Origin: a virus
Length of the DNA: 64,000 nt
Direction: 5' to 3' (one strand)
Virus record (IMG/VR): IMGVR_UViG_3300049491_000083
Span: 1 to 64,000 of that record
The notes beneath the pieces were generated by a model that made no database searches, was not told where the DNA came from, and worked only from the letters and a program-made list of their open reading frames with translations. The position numbers and the translations under genes are program-made. The stretch's first letter is position 1. Every line of letters starts with the position of its first letter. Below are positions 1-9,367 of the stretch, piece after piece.

Positions 1-1
1 G

Positions 2-748
2 GTTGCCGGTAATGGTCAGGTTGTTACGGACTGTTGTGGTACCCGTTGTTGCTGCAATTGTCAGCGTAGTCGCTGCACGAGCGAAGTTGACGGTCGTAGC
101 AGTTGTGTCAACAAGGTCAAACGATGTTGAAGGAGTTGTCAGGCTGGTAGTAATTGCTGGGCTGGTTGCTGATAGCGTTCCAGTCACGTCGATTGTTGCA
201 CCAGTAATATTTACGTCAGTGCTGGCCCTACCAATGTTGATGGTAGAGGCACCCGAGCCGCCAGCGCCAAGATTCAAGGTACCGGTTGTCAGTGCGTTAC
301 CGATAGATACCGAGCCAGTTGTTACTGTAGACCAAAGAGTTGGGGTGGCCGCTGCACCAGAAGCAACGATGCTGTCAATGACAGGAGTGGTAATGGTGGG
401 ACTACCGGAAAGAACAACACTGGTTGTACCGGTGCTTCCTAGCCATGCTGGGGCTACTGCTGTAGAAGCGACAACGCTTTCAGACAGGAAGTAGATTCCG
501 TTTGTTGCCTGTCCTGCAAGTCGTGTTGCCGCACCCGCTGCTCCACCATAGATTACATCACCAAGGGTGGTCATTGGGTTTGTCAAGAAGCCGGATGACT
601 GGATACCGTTAAGGTATTGAACGTTCAGGTTTGGTACGAATGTAGTCGATGCTACCTGCAAAGGAGCAGTTCCAGTGCTGACAGTAGACTTCAGGACCGG
701 GGCTGTCACCCCGTATCTTGCTGCAAAGTCTCTTGTTTGTGTCGCCAT
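2..748 (-). CDS. Tail fibre/minor tail protein, 5' part (runs off the window)
   Basis: ATG at 748 with AAGGAG RBS. The frame (MATQTRDFAARYGVTAPVLKSTVSTGTAPL...) is Thr/Gly/Ala-rich and open to the window edge; it is missing from the ORF track because it has no stop. Confidence 0.75.
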   Translation of the reverse strand, partial: MATQTRDFAARYGVTAPVLKSTVSTGTAPLQVASTTFVPNLNVQYLNGIQSSGFLTNPMTTLGDVIYGGAAGAATRLAGQATNGIYFLSESVVASTAVAPAWLGSTGTTSVVLSGSPTITTPVIDSIVASGAAATPTLWSTVTTGSVSIGNALTTGTLNLGAGGSGASTINIGRASTDVNITGATIDVTGTLSATSPAITTSLTTPSTSFDLVDTTATTVNFARAATTLTIAATTGTTTVRNNLTITGN

Positions 749-784
749 GTTGCTCCTTACATATTTTCTTTAATTATATCACGG

Positions 785-1870
785 TTATGCGTCGTACATG
801 ACCTTGGAGAACTTCAATCCTACCGGTGTGATATTGGCGGTAGGGAACTGAATTGTCAGTTCAAGTTTTGTCAGAACAAATGCTGCATCAAGGTAGTATT
901 CAATGTCAGTGCCAATTGATACATGACCATATTCAGCAACAGCAACATTGGTACCGTCGTGAATAAGCATGACGCGCACGAGAGCATACGATGATCCCTG
1001 ACTGAACTGGAAGGTGTATTCTGCCGACCGGTAGGTAGCGGAAAAGAACTCATCTATCTTGCGTGGCGTTACGGCATTGACTACAAATGTATCTGACGAC
1101 AGTTGTGCGTCTGCTAGGTCAAGGGACGATGTTGCTGTCTGCCCAGAGACATTAAGATCCCCGGCCTTTGTCTGCGTATTTGAGGAAGTGTCAAGGAAAT
1201 AACTACTATCGAATCCATCAAGTGTGCTTGCGTCACCACCCACACCACCGATAACAGTAAGGCCGTCTGGACCGACAGTAAGCGTGGCTGCATCGTATTC
1301 AAGCAGAATAACGCTGGCAGAGTTGATAAACAGTGGAGCAGAAGCGGACTCAATTAGTCCACCCGGCACACCCGGAGGGCCTTGGATTCCCGGCGCACCG
1401 ACAAGCGAGGCCAGCCATTCCTCTTCTGTCCCCATGAATCCATATGAGACAGCAAGTTGATAGGCGGATACACCCTCTGGTCCGTCAGGTCCAGTTGGCC
1501 CCTCTGGACCTAATATTGACACACCAAGAGTTGACCACGTTCCCTGCGTGTACATGGCGTATACTTCGCCGGTAACATTTTCCAAGTACATATCGCCAGC
1601 AGTGCCAAACCATGTACCCGGAGGCCCTGTGCCAGTGTACCAGAGTCCCGTATATCCGTCATTACCCGGTTGCCCAATTAGGCTGTTCAGCCAGTCCTGT
1701 TCTGTGCCGACAAAGCCATTGTTCAAAGCCACTTCATATGCGCTGAACCCATCCTGACCAGCGGCACCGGGCCTGCCAGCATCAGCAACGACGATCTTTA
1801 GTCTCTCATCGTCAGTCTTGACAATGACAAAATCCTCATTGTCTATTACACTCGTCACTTTATACCCCAC
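785..1870 (-). CDS. Collagen-like minor tail/fibre protein
   Basis: Gly-X-Y runs and two SAYE/QxAxxxGFxGTExxWLxSL repeats typical of phage collagen-like fibres. Confidence 0.8.
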   Translation of the reverse strand: MGYKVTSVIDNEDFVIVKTDDERLKIVVADAGRPGAAGQDGFSAYEVALNNGFVGTEQDWLNSLIGQPGNDGYTGLWYTGTGPPGTWFGTAGDMYLENVTGEVYAMYTQGTWSTLGVSILGPEGPTGPDGPEGVSAYQLAVSYGFMGTEEEWLASLVGAPGIQGPPGVPGGLIESASAPLFINSASVILLEYDAATLTVGPDGLTVIGGVGGDASTLDGFDSSYFLDTSSNTQTKAGDLNVSGQTATSSLDLADAQLSSDTFVVNAVTPRKIDEFFSATYRSAEYTFQFSQGSSYALVRVMLIHDGTNVAVAEYGHVSIGTDIEYYLDAAFVLTKLELTIQFPTANITPVGLKFSKVMYDA

Positions 1871-2367
1871 AGAGTCGGCAGAAGTTCCTTAACGCGCTTG
1901 CCAAACGATCCAACAGTATTATGGCTGGACATTGGACGATCCCACACCGCAGCAGCAACCTGTGCAGCAGTTGGGCCACCAGAGCCAGATCCTACAGTCA
2001 CGTATGACGCAGCAGAACGCTGGAAGATGAATTGTACTGAATGCGGAGCAACAGTTGTGTCAACAAATGGAGCAAGCGGATCAGTTGGGTACAGATCGCC
2101 AGATATATTGATCTGGTAATCATATGGTGAATGAATGATCTTCCAGCCAAGGTTGTTGTTGATGAAGTAGTATCCTGATAGTGCAGTTCCTCCACCTAGT
2201 TCATTGCCGCCTACGGATTCTGCAAATGCTGGCTCGTATTGGGCGTTCCCCTGCGCCACCCAATCCTTCCAGCGTGAATAGAGTTCCACTGCTGTTACGT
2301 CGGTGATCGGACCATCATAGCCTATGGTAATGATCTTCTGTGCCCCGTCAAATGTTATCGTAGCCAT
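1855..2367 (-). CDS. Putative virion structural protein
   Basis: 170 aa ORF coupled to neighbours in the tail operon; C-terminal AAQVAAAVWD motif seen in virion proteins. Confidence 0.6.
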   Translation of the reverse strand: MATITFDGAQKIITIGYDGPITDVTAVELYSRWKDWVAQGNAQYEPAFAESVGGNELGGGTALSGYYFINNNLGWKIIHSPYDYQINISGDLYPTDPLAPFVDTTVAPHSVQFIFQRSAASYVTVGSGSGGPTAAQVAAAVWDRPMSSHNTVGSFGKRVKELLPTLWGIK

Positions 2368-3776
2368 TATGGGTTCCCATACTGTCTGTCAACCTGCTGC
2401 TGTACCGGGATGGTAAGGTCGGCAAGCGTCAGGGATTGGGCTAGGAGTCTGATGTTCTGGTACCCAAGCGACATAATAGATATGTCAATGCTGGGATGCT
2501 CTGTTGGGTCGAATACCCACTGGAATGTTCCTGAGTCAATATCTTCACTACCCGCGATTTCTGTCGTTGTACTAGCATCGAAGATTCTGATTTCTGAGTT
2601 TACTTTTAGGCCAGTAATGGATAGAGTTGGCTCAATCTTAGGCTCTACGTCGATCTGGAATCCAAAGTCAAGGCTCATCCATCCAGACATAGGAACGAAC
2701 GTCGCCGCCGTCGCAGTTTCAGCCGCAGACACAAGGGCAATAGCCTCTCCCTCACGAATGGTGATTCCTGCACGCCTACCGAAAAGGTCTGCATAGTGGT
2801 GACTGGTATTTGTGCCCATGGTATCCAGTCCTGTAGCGGCTGCATTCTCTGGGAAATAGACGCGATAGACAGGCCCGAGCAAGTCCTTGGTCTTGAGATA
2901 GTTAACATTCTTTGGGTTCCCTGTTGATGCATCAGATAGGGCATTCTCTGGCATACCGAGCGGCAGGAGTGCAACGTCCTTGTATACCTTGACCCATGAC
3001 GAAGGATCGGGATTATTTGAATCCATCTTTACCGGCGAAATAAGCCTAGTCGCATCAGTCAGGCTACTTGCGTTGATTGAGCCAACGGGTACAAGTTGCA
3101 GATACGGAGTATCAAGTGTTCCAACTTCTTCAACAGCAATGTTTCTCAGGGTCACCACTTCTCCAGAGCCAGAATCATTCTTCAGGGCAAAGGGAACGTC
3201 GTCCATGGATGCAGATTGGTTGGCATAGTAGGTAATGGCAAAAGTTCTATCGGGTGTGCCCGACACAACCACGGTTGCGCTCACCCTTAGCGGTGTTGGT
3301 CGATAGGCAGCCTGAATATCAGCCTTCATAGCGATAGACTCTCCCGCACGAATCACAATTCCTTCGGTATCACCAGCACCAGATCCCACAGCCGTCCTAA
3401 ACAGTTCACCAAATGATCTTGGGGTCTGCATATTAAACCATGACAGGCCTACACCAAGGTTCTTGCTGCCATTGAACCTGCGTAGTGAAATACCGGGAGA
3501 GGTAGACGCTGCACTGGTAAGGATATGCACAGTGCTAGGCCAAGTAGCCGTTGAGTCAAGCGGTGATGGAAACTGCTCTTCCCCGCCAGCAACGGTAGAC
3601 CTGTAGAGGGTATAGTTGGCAACTGTCGCAACAAGTGCAGACTTATTGGTAACCTCACTGGAACGAATAGTTAGTTTCTTTCCCGACCCAGCGGGATTGG
3701 AGATAACAACAAGAGCATTGCCAGAGTTGCTCATCCAATCAAATGACCCAGCATACCTGTACTGGTATCTAGCCAT
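2367..3776 (-). CDS. Putative virion structural protein
   Basis: 469 aa, beta-rich composition, coupled within the tail operon. Confidence 0.6.
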   Translation of the reverse strand: MARYQYRYAGSFDWMSNSGNALVVISNPAGSGKKLTIRSSEVTNKSALVATVANYTLYRSTVAGGEEQFPSPLDSTATWPSTVHILTSAASTSPGISLRRFNGSKNLGVGLSWFNMQTPRSFGELFRTAVGSGAGDTEGIVIRAGESIAMKADIQAAYRPTPLRVSATVVVSGTPDRTFAITYYANQSASMDDVPFALKNDSGSGEVVTLRNIAVEEVGTLDTPYLQLVPVGSINASSLTDATRLISPVKMDSNNPDPSSWVKVYKDVALLPLGMPENALSDASTGNPKNVNYLKTKDLLGPVYRVYFPENAAATGLDTMGTNTSHHYADLFGRRAGITIREGEAIALVSAAETATAATFVPMSGWMSLDFGFQIDVEPKIEPTLSITGLKVNSEIRIFDASTTTEIAGSEDIDSGTFQWVFDPTEHPSIDISIMSLGYQNIRLLAQSLTLADLTIPVQQQVDRQYGNP

Positions 3777-3778
3777 GA

Positions 3779-4303
3779 TTAACTCGCAGCGTTAGTGAAT
3801 TCGATAAATACGTCGGCAAGACCCACGGCAGATGAACCAGAGTGATGGACAGAGATTCCCTGACCCTCTCGTAGAACAATTGGCTCAATATTGGAATCGC
3901 CTGTAGAATCCCATACGCAGTTAAGTGGAATAAGAGTCTCAAACTCGTCAGAGGTACCAGTCGAAGCGGCTGGTTCGTCATTTGACCATACCCATGCACG
4001 GTAAGCCACGTCGCTGGTAAGCGTTACAGTGGCACCGGTAGCAGCGGCAATCTGTGCTGCAAGAGTGGCACTGTTTGAATCATGCTTGGTAGGAACAATG
4101 GCCGTACCACCAGTTTGAGCAGAGGTCTTGCGAAGTGTCCATGTAGTAAGAACACCAGTCACACCAGCAGTCTGGTTGTTGAGTACCCACACACGGTAGA
4201 CGCGAAGGACACGACCAGATCCAGAGCCGTTGAACAATCCAGCCATGGACTTGTTGGAAGCGAAGGTCGCACCGATAGCGGCGAGTGTATGTGTTTCAGC
4301 CAT
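3779..4303 (-). CDS. Putative virion structural protein
   Basis: 174 aa, AAGGAG RBS; shares motifs with 2367-3776 (NGSGSGRVLR / NPAGSGKKLT; PIVLREGQGI / GIVIRAGESI / GITIREGEAI). Confidence 0.6.
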   Translation of the reverse strand: MAETHTLAAIGATFASNKSMAGLFNGSGSGRVLRVYRVWVLNNQTAGVTGVLTTWTLRKTSAQTGGTAIVPTKHDSNSATLAAQIAAATGATVTLTSDVAYRAWVWSNDEPAASTGTSDEFETLIPLNCVWDSTGDSNIEPIVLREGQGISVHHSGSSAVGLADVFIEFTNAAS

Positions 4304-4315
4304 TAATTATTCTCC

Positions 4316-5749
4316 TTAGGGATTAGTGTAGTTACGCTCAAGAGGAGCAACGAGGGCAACTGCATTTGTCTTTGACCTTTCAATTGTACCAGTTGCGCGA
4401 ACATACTGGCCGGTGTTGAGTCCGATAGCAATGACGGTGATCGCTGCATCGGTAGCGGCTGTTCTGCCACCCTGCACGTTTCCGTCGTAGTCGAATGTAA
4501 ATGTGACCGGTGTAGAAGAAATTGTACCGGTGATATCTGTGCCACTGGCATTCTTGACCAGAACAGCGCCAGACTCTCCCCAGTCATTTCCGGCTCCGGG
4601 TAGCGTAGTGAAGTACACCCAATACTTTGCCGCACCATCAGCAACAAGGTTGGAGTTGAAGGACAGGATCAAGTTCGCAGAATAAGGGTACTGACGCTGA
4701 GTGCCTGTGTTGTCGGTGAAGTATACTGAGTTCTGGTCAGCAATATCAAAGTTGGTGATGAACACACCAGTACCACCGCCAGCAGGGTTAGTCGCTGTAT
4801 CTGTGTACAGTGTATCGCCAACATAGTGCATGAGAGAGTCTGCGGTCTTACCAATGACGCTGACGCTGGCAGAGTTGATGCTGACAGCCTGACGCTCTGC
4901 ATACTGAACAAACTCATACGCTTCCTGCAAGGACTGGCCATTTGCATCGACTGTGATGCCGAAGTTGTACGATCCACCGACAAGACCAGATCTGGACTGC
5001 GGAGAAGCGTGGTAAGTGATGGTCATGCCAGAATATGGTGCTACGTCAGCAGGGTAGCCGGTACCAGAAGCCTTGATTGCTGTATCTGCTGCAACAATCT
5101 TGAGGTCGGCACCAGTAGAAATGGGGAATCGGTATACCTGTGCTGCCATGGTGGTAACACCAATGTCGGCCAGCGTTGACTTGCCGAACAACTGAGCCTG
5201 CTCACGGCCATAGAGTGTAAGCGAAGATCTGAGGTCGAAGTCGGAGCCTTCTGCGTAGATACCGTCGCCGTCGTCGTCGCGGAGGATCTGAATGGCCTGA
5301 TTGACCTGACCCTGCAACTGGAAGTTGATAGGTGACCCGGTGCCTTGGTAGTAGTACAACTGGTCATTGGATTCAATGGCACCCAGACCTACGATACCGG
5401 CCCATTGCTGGGTAACGTTGCCTCCGGTGTTTCTTACGGTCCATCCACCAGTACGAATCAGATAGCGACCGGTATCATTGAAAAAGTCCCATCCGTCAAC
5501 GAGTTCGAATGCCTCGTCCGTAATAGGGACCATTGGGAAGGGGAATGCTGCAAGGTTCTTGGTCAGTGGATCATTCTTCCACTGCTCCTTGAGGAACGAA
5601 TACAAAGCCTTGAGAGTCACACCGTCTGTGCTGAGATTTCCTACGACCACCAACTTGATCTTCTTGGTCGTTGTGTTGATGAAAACTTCCTGAGAGCCGT
5701 CATCTGCGGCAGAATCAGCAAGCAGATCCGGGTCTGTAATCAGGGCCAT
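4316..5749 (-). CDS. Putative virion structural protein
   Basis: 477 aa, GAGG RBS, downstream of a TGATATAAT promoter. Confidence 0.6.
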   Translation of the reverse strand: MALITDPDLLADSAADDGSQEVFINTTTKKIKLVVVGNLSTDGVTLKALYSFLKEQWKNDPLTKNLAAFPFPMVPITDEAFELVDGWDFFNDTGRYLIRTGGWTVRNTGGNVTQQWAGIVGLGAIESNDQLYYYQGTGSPINFQLQGQVNQAIQILRDDDGDGIYAEGSDFDLRSSLTLYGREQAQLFGKSTLADIGVTTMAAQVYRFPISTGADLKIVAADTAIKASGTGYPADVAPYSGMTITYHASPQSRSGLVGGSYNFGITVDANGQSLQEAYEFVQYAERQAVSINSASVSVIGKTADSLMHYVGDTLYTDTATNPAGGGTGVFITNFDIADQNSVYFTDNTGTQRQYPYSANLILSFNSNLVADGAAKYWVYFTTLPGAGNDWGESGAVLVKNASGTDITGTISSTPVTFTFDYDGNVQGGRTAATDAAITVIAIGLNTGQYVRATGTIERSKTNAVALVAPLERNYTNP

Positions 5750-5796
5750 GCATATTCCTCCAAGTGCCTTGCGGCTATTTCTTTAATTATATCATG

Positions 5797-6138
5797 CTAA
5801 GGACCATAGGTTAACGTCAGATGGTCGTTCCAGACGTGCGTAAATGTTGCTGCTCCACCAGCCCAATCGACCGATGATCCGCCGACTGTCTCGGTGATTT
5901 TCTTCACTCTCCAGAGGGCTTGGCTTGCTGCCGTACCCGGCGCAGCCTCCCCGACGTATGTCACGCCAGAAACCGATGTGTCAATCTCAATATCGTACAC
6001 TTCATCCTCCGCTGCTACTTCTCTGATGATGGACTCGCTGACAGATACATTGACTCCATCACCCTGAACGACTACTCCGTATACTTCATCATATACGCTT
6101 ACTCGTACCGGGGACTCTTCGACAACTACCTTGGTCAT
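5797..6138 (-). CDS. Putative tail-associated protein
   Basis: YVGEAAPG...WRVKKI...WNDH pattern common in phage tail proteins. Confidence 0.55.
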   Translation of the reverse strand: MTKVVVEESPVRVSVYDEVYGVVVQGDGVNVSVSESIIREVAAEDEVYDIEIDTSVSGVTYVGEAAPGTAASQALWRVKKITETVGGSSVDWAGGAATFTHVWNDHLTLTYGP

Positions 6139-6476
6139 CGTGTGATACCGGGGGTAACAGTGAAAGAGCCTTCCAGCAACCTATCCCGCTTCCCATCCGG
6201 TGCAGTAATCTCAATGTCCCACACGTACTTGCCGGGAGCGAACTGCTCAGTCGTGTCCCATGCGATAACAACAGAAACATCATTACCACTGATAGTGATG
6301 CCAGCACCGTCGATGATATTGAAGAGATAGTCCTCAGATGTGTATGTCTCACGGGCCTGCATATCGGCTGTGTACCCTGTCAGGTCAAGAGCAATGCCGT
6401 CCTTGTCGAACAACTGAAACACCTTGGAAAACGTCGCTCCCTGTGGGCAAACGAGGTTCAACTTACCGGGAATCAT
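6135..6476 (-). CDS. BppU-like/virion adaptor protein
   Basis: QGATF...DLTGYTA.MQ.R...YVWDIEI...RLLEG.F.V.P pattern; start moved to ATG 6476. Confidence 0.65.
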   Translation of the reverse strand: MIPGKLNLVCPQGATFSKVFQLFDKDGIALDLTGYTADMQARETYTSEDYLFNIIDGAGITISGNDVSVVIAWDTTEQFAPGKYVWDIEITAPDGKRDRLLEGSFTVTPGITR

Positions 6477-6861
6477 TCTGCTGTCTCCATTTCTCAAGTA
6501 TACCATTTGGCATGACCTCGCGGACGAGTGCTTGGAGGGTTGCGGTGAGTTCATAGACGCGGCTCTTGAGTTTCACATTCTCTGCGTCAAGTTCCTGCCG
6601 ACCGGCAAGATAGTCGTTGGCAATGGTCTGCAATTCGATAATTCTTTGGGCATTCTGGCCAGCCTTTATCTGTACCTCTACGAGTTCTGCGTGCAAGGTA
6701 TTCATCGTAGCCTGCATGGTCTCCACCGCATTCTGGCTGGACTCTGAGATGCTGCTGTAGATATCTGCGACGTACTTCTTCCTGTTGAAGAACCATGTAA
6801 CAAAAGCCGCTAGGGGTGCCGCTAGCACGGATACGAGAATGGCAATCTGGGCGCTATCCAC
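6463..6861 (-). CDS. Membrane-anchored coiled-coil protein (lysis-module associated)
   Basis: N-terminal TM helix followed by a heptad-rich region. Confidence 0.55.
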   Translation of the reverse strand: MDSAQIAILVSVLAAPLAAFVTWFFNRKKYVADIYSSISESSQNAVETMQATMNTLHAELVEVQIKAGQNAQRIIELQTIANDYLAGRQELDAENVKLKSRVYELTATLQALVREVMPNGILEKWRQQNDSR

Positions 6862-7325
6862 TATGAATTATGTCCTCTATGTGTTATTAATATGTCTAAC
6901 GATCTTACTGCTGCGGTAACGAACAGCATCCCCCACACGAATGTCCACAGTGCAGCCTTCCCTAGGTCGCTCCCCTCGGCCACGGCCAGTGCCGGTGCCT
7001 GTATGATGTAAATGATTGTTGTTGCTAGTGCGGCTGCTGCAATGAATAGCCACCCATACATTTCTCCGAATATGGCGACCGCCGGGTGCTTTTTCGCGTC
7101 AATGACAAGGGACGTTATCACCCCTAGTGCAGCAACGGTATAGTACACGCCTACAATGGTAATGAAAAGGTGCATCCATCCGGTTTCTGCCGGAATCTCG
7201 GGACCGTCGAAAATAGCGTAGACACCAAGAGCAAAGACGACTGTCGATACGTAGATGCCGAATGGTCTATTGCGTAGTGCAACAGGGACGAGTCGCCAAA
7301 GTCGATGGGTAATCGAATCCGTCAT
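6861..7325 (-). CDS. 4-TM membrane protein
   Basis: Four hydrophobic segments; adjacent to putative holin. Confidence 0.6.
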   Translation of the reverse strand: MTDSITHRLWRLVPVALRNRPFGIYVSTVVFALGVYAIFDGPEIPAETGWMHLFITIVGVYYTVAALGVITSLVIDAKKHPAVAIFGEMYGWLFIAAAALATTIIYIIQAPALAVAEGSDLGKAALWTFVWGMLFVTAAVRSLDILITHRGHNS

Positions 7326-7334
7326 GCATTGTCA

Positions 7335-7553
7335 CTACTCTGGTTGCTTGCCATACTGATCATAACCCTTATCAAAGTAGTTCTTGATAACGGGAAGAAC
7401 GGCAATGACTCCTGAATAGAGAACCGCTTGGAGTGTTACCCAATCAAGTGCGAGAGACTGTGTTGTTACTAGGATCGTTGTTAGTGAGGCCAGAATTGCT
7501 GACATAAATGTATTTACCCAAGTACGTAGCATAGCCTTGTTTGCGTTTGACAT
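7335..7553 (-). CDS. Putative holin
   Basis: 72 aa, two TM helices, charged C-terminus, AAAGGAG RBS. Confidence 0.6.
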   Translation of the reverse strand: MSNANKAMLRTWVNTFMSAILASLTTILVTTQSLALDWVTLQAVLYSGVIAVLPVIKNYFDKGYDQYGKQPE

Positions 7554-7600
7554 ATGATCCCTCCTTTCTTATTAGTATAACATTTCCTTTCAAGGTATAC

Positions 7601-7629
7601 TTGACAGGAGTGCCCGACTCTGGTAGGCT
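7601..7629 (+). promoter_or_regulatory. Sigma70/HrdB-type promoter
   Basis: TTGACA-17 bp-TAGGCT. Confidence 0.7.
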
Positions 7630-7658
7630 AGGGGCAACTACAACAGACGAGGGACGTT

Positions 7659-7889
7659 ATGGAAACCATGGAAAAGATTGTAGAGATTGAGGCACCGGAA
7701 ATTGTTGAACCCGGCCCTGTTTTGAAGATGACTGATAGATGCGATAGATGCGGTCATCAGGCTTACGTCCTCGCTAAGGGTATCGAAGGGGAACTCATGT
7801 TCTGCGGTCACCACTACCATGATTATGAGTATGGATTGATCCCGTGGGCTTTTGAGATTGTAGACGAGCGGGACAAGATTCCTGCTTGA
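7659..7889 (+). CDS. Small actinobacterial-type zinc-finger protein
   Basis: DRCDRCG..AYV...GELMFCGHH motif. Confidence 0.7.
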   Translation: METMEKIVEIEAPEIVEPGPVLKMTDRCDRCGHQAYVLAKGIEGELMFCGHHYHDYEYGLIPWAFEIVDERDKIPA

Positions 7890-7938
7890 CAAGCCCTTTG
7901 AATAGTGCTACACTTACTATTCAACTTAAGGAGGATAC

Positions 7939-8199
7939 ATGGAACTATACGATTTCTACGCAGACTGGTGTGGTCCATGTAAGGTCATGGCTCCTATCAT
8001 TGATCAACTTGAGATTGACAGACCAGACATAACCATCGTTCGGATCGACGTGGACGAGCATCGTGAACTGGCAGCAGAGTACCAAATCCAGTCAATACCT
8101 ACTTACATAATGGTAAATCCGGGCAAAGAGGACATAAGAATCACCGGGGCACTCCCCAAGGCACGATTTCTTGCAGAACTAGGGCTTGACACCGCCTGA
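7939..8199 (+). CDS. trxA: Thioredoxin
   Basis: WCGPC active site, SIPT cis-Pro motif; promoter TTGACA-17-TACACT at 7886-7914. Confidence 0.93.
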   Translation: MELYDFYADWCGPCKVMAPIIDQLEIDRPDITIVRIDVDEHRELAAEYQIQSIPTYIMVNPGKEDIRITGALPKARFLAELGLDTA

Positions 8200-8214
8200 A
8201 AATAGTGCTACAAT
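8186..8214 (+). promoter_or_regulatory. Promoter of first tRNA block
   Basis: TTGACA-17 bp-TACAAT. Confidence 0.75.
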
Positions 8215-8224
8215 GAACAGGTAA

Positions 8225-8296
8225 CGGATTGTAGGGGAATGGTACCCCGTCTGTTTTGGGAACAGAAGGTCGTGAGTTCGATTCTCACCTATCCGA
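8225..8296 (+). tRNA. tRNA-Pro(TGG)
   Basis: Cloverleaf; anticodon arm TCTGT-TTTGGGA-ACAGA. Confidence 0.9.
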
Positions 8297-8306
8297 CGCA
8301 AAGCAC

Positions 8307-8380
8307 GCAAATGTGGTGAAATGGTATCACACTACCTTGCCAAGGTCGTAGCGCGAGTTCGATTCTCGTCATTTGCTCCA
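8307..8380 (+). tRNA. tRNA-Gly(GCC)
   Basis: Cloverleaf; loop TTGCCAA; encoded CCA. Confidence 0.92.
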
Positions 8381-8401
8381 CTAAATACATAAGGATTGAT
8401 T

Positions 8402-8608
8402 ATGACAACTCAGGCACAACAGATCGCAGCACTTCTCGGTGAAGTAACCTTGCAGAACGAGGCCATTGGTACGCTCCAAGAGCGTATCCGGGTACTTGAG
8501 GCGCAAGTTAATCCGCCAGTAGATCCAGAGCAGGAATTGCGTCGGGCAAACAGGGAGGCTGAGCGTGCAGCACGCAGAGCAGCCCGTGAAGCAGGACAGT
8601 CAGTTTAA
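8402..8608 (+). CDS. Hypothetical coiled-coil protein
   Basis: AAGGA RBS, 68 aa helical. Confidence 0.55.
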   Translation: MTTQAQQIAALLGEVTLQNEAIGTLQERIRVLEAQVNPPVDPEQELRRANREAERAARRAAREAGQSV

Positions 8609-8611
8609 TTT

Positions 8612-8683
8612 ATCTCCGTAGTTCAGAGGAAGAATGCTTCGCTACGAACGAAGTGGTCGCTGGTTCGAATCCAGCCGGGGATA
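8612..8683 (+). tRNA. tRNA-Arg(ACG)
   Basis: Cloverleaf; CTTCG-CTACGAA-CGAAG. Confidence 0.92.
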
Positions 8684-8816
8684 CAAGATGAATCACTGTC
8701 CAGACTGTCACTCAATCAAGAATAGTTTTCACAAGCGTTCATGCACACGAACATGCCTTGACTGTGGAGCAGTATGGAAAGTTGTTCATGTTCTACCCGC
8801 ACCTATATTTAAATAA

Positions 8817-8901
8817 GGAAGATTGCCAGAGTGGTTATTGGAGCGGTTTGCTAAACCGTGGTGGGGAAGCCTGCCCGTAGGTTCGAATCCTGCATCTTCC
8901 G
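8817..8901 (+). tRNA. tRNA-Ser(GCT)
   Basis: Cloverleaf with long variable arm; loop TTGCTAA. Confidence 0.92.
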
Positions 8902-8905
8902 CCGC

Positions 8906-8976
8906 GTGCCCTTGTCCGAATGGCAAGGTGACAGGCTGCAACCCTGTTTATGCCGGTTCGAATCCGGCAGGGCACT
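8906..8976 (+). tRNA. tRNA-Cys(GCA)
   Basis: Cloverleaf; ACAGG-CTGCAAC-CCTGT. Confidence 0.9.
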
Positions 8977-8998
8977 CAAAGAAAGTTCCACAAAAGAC

Positions 8999-9027
8999 TT
9001 GACAACTACATAGCACTACAGTATCAT
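8999..9027 (+). promoter_or_regulatory. Promoter of the Y-RNA array/Ro60 operon
   Basis: TTGACA-17 bp-TATCAT; predicted start ~9033-9034 coincides with unit 1. Confidence 0.75.
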
Positions 9028-9033
9028 TGAACT

Positions 9034-9106
9034 TAAGCGAGTCGGATTGAATGGGTTATCCTACATATGAGTAAAATATATCCCATCCATAAAGCATATT
9101 CGCTTA
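9034..9106 (+). ncRNA. Y-RNA-like unit 1 (minimal cargo)
   Basis: TAAGCGAGT pairs with ATTCGCTTA; GTCGGATTG; ATGGG/CCCAT inner stem; TTATC. Confidence 0.7.
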
Positions 9107-9114
9107 CAGACTTT

Positions 9115-9252
9115 TGAACGAGTCGATTGTCAACGATAATCTATGGAGAAGCAGGCCAATAGTTCAAAAAGCGCCTGCACAGCACAGTTACACAACCGGG
9201 TAGTTAGCCAACAAAAGGCCAGCCCGTTCGTTGCCTGCAACATATTCGTTCA
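9115..9252 (+). ncRNA. Y-RNA-like unit 2
   Basis: TGAACGAGT/ATTCGTTCA; CAACGA/TCGTTG inner stem; two cargo hairpins. Confidence 0.7.
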
Positions 9253-9261
9253 CAAAACTTA

Positions 9262-9362
9262 ATATGGGTCGAATAGGATCACGGTTATCGCGGTAAGCAG
9301 GGCCAACAAATTCCTGCCTCAGGGTTCAATTCCCTACCCGTTCCTAACTTATACATCCATAT
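9262..9362 (+). ncRNA. Y-RNA-like unit 3 (T-arm cargo)
   Basis: ATATGGGT/ATCCATAT; ACGG/CCGT; AGGG-TTCAATT-CCCT T-arm. Confidence 0.7.
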
Positions 9363-9367
9363 CAGAC

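Noticed and set aside
3-494. Plus-strand 163-aa ORF
   Set aside because: Antisense shadow of the minus-strand tail-fibre gene that starts at 748.
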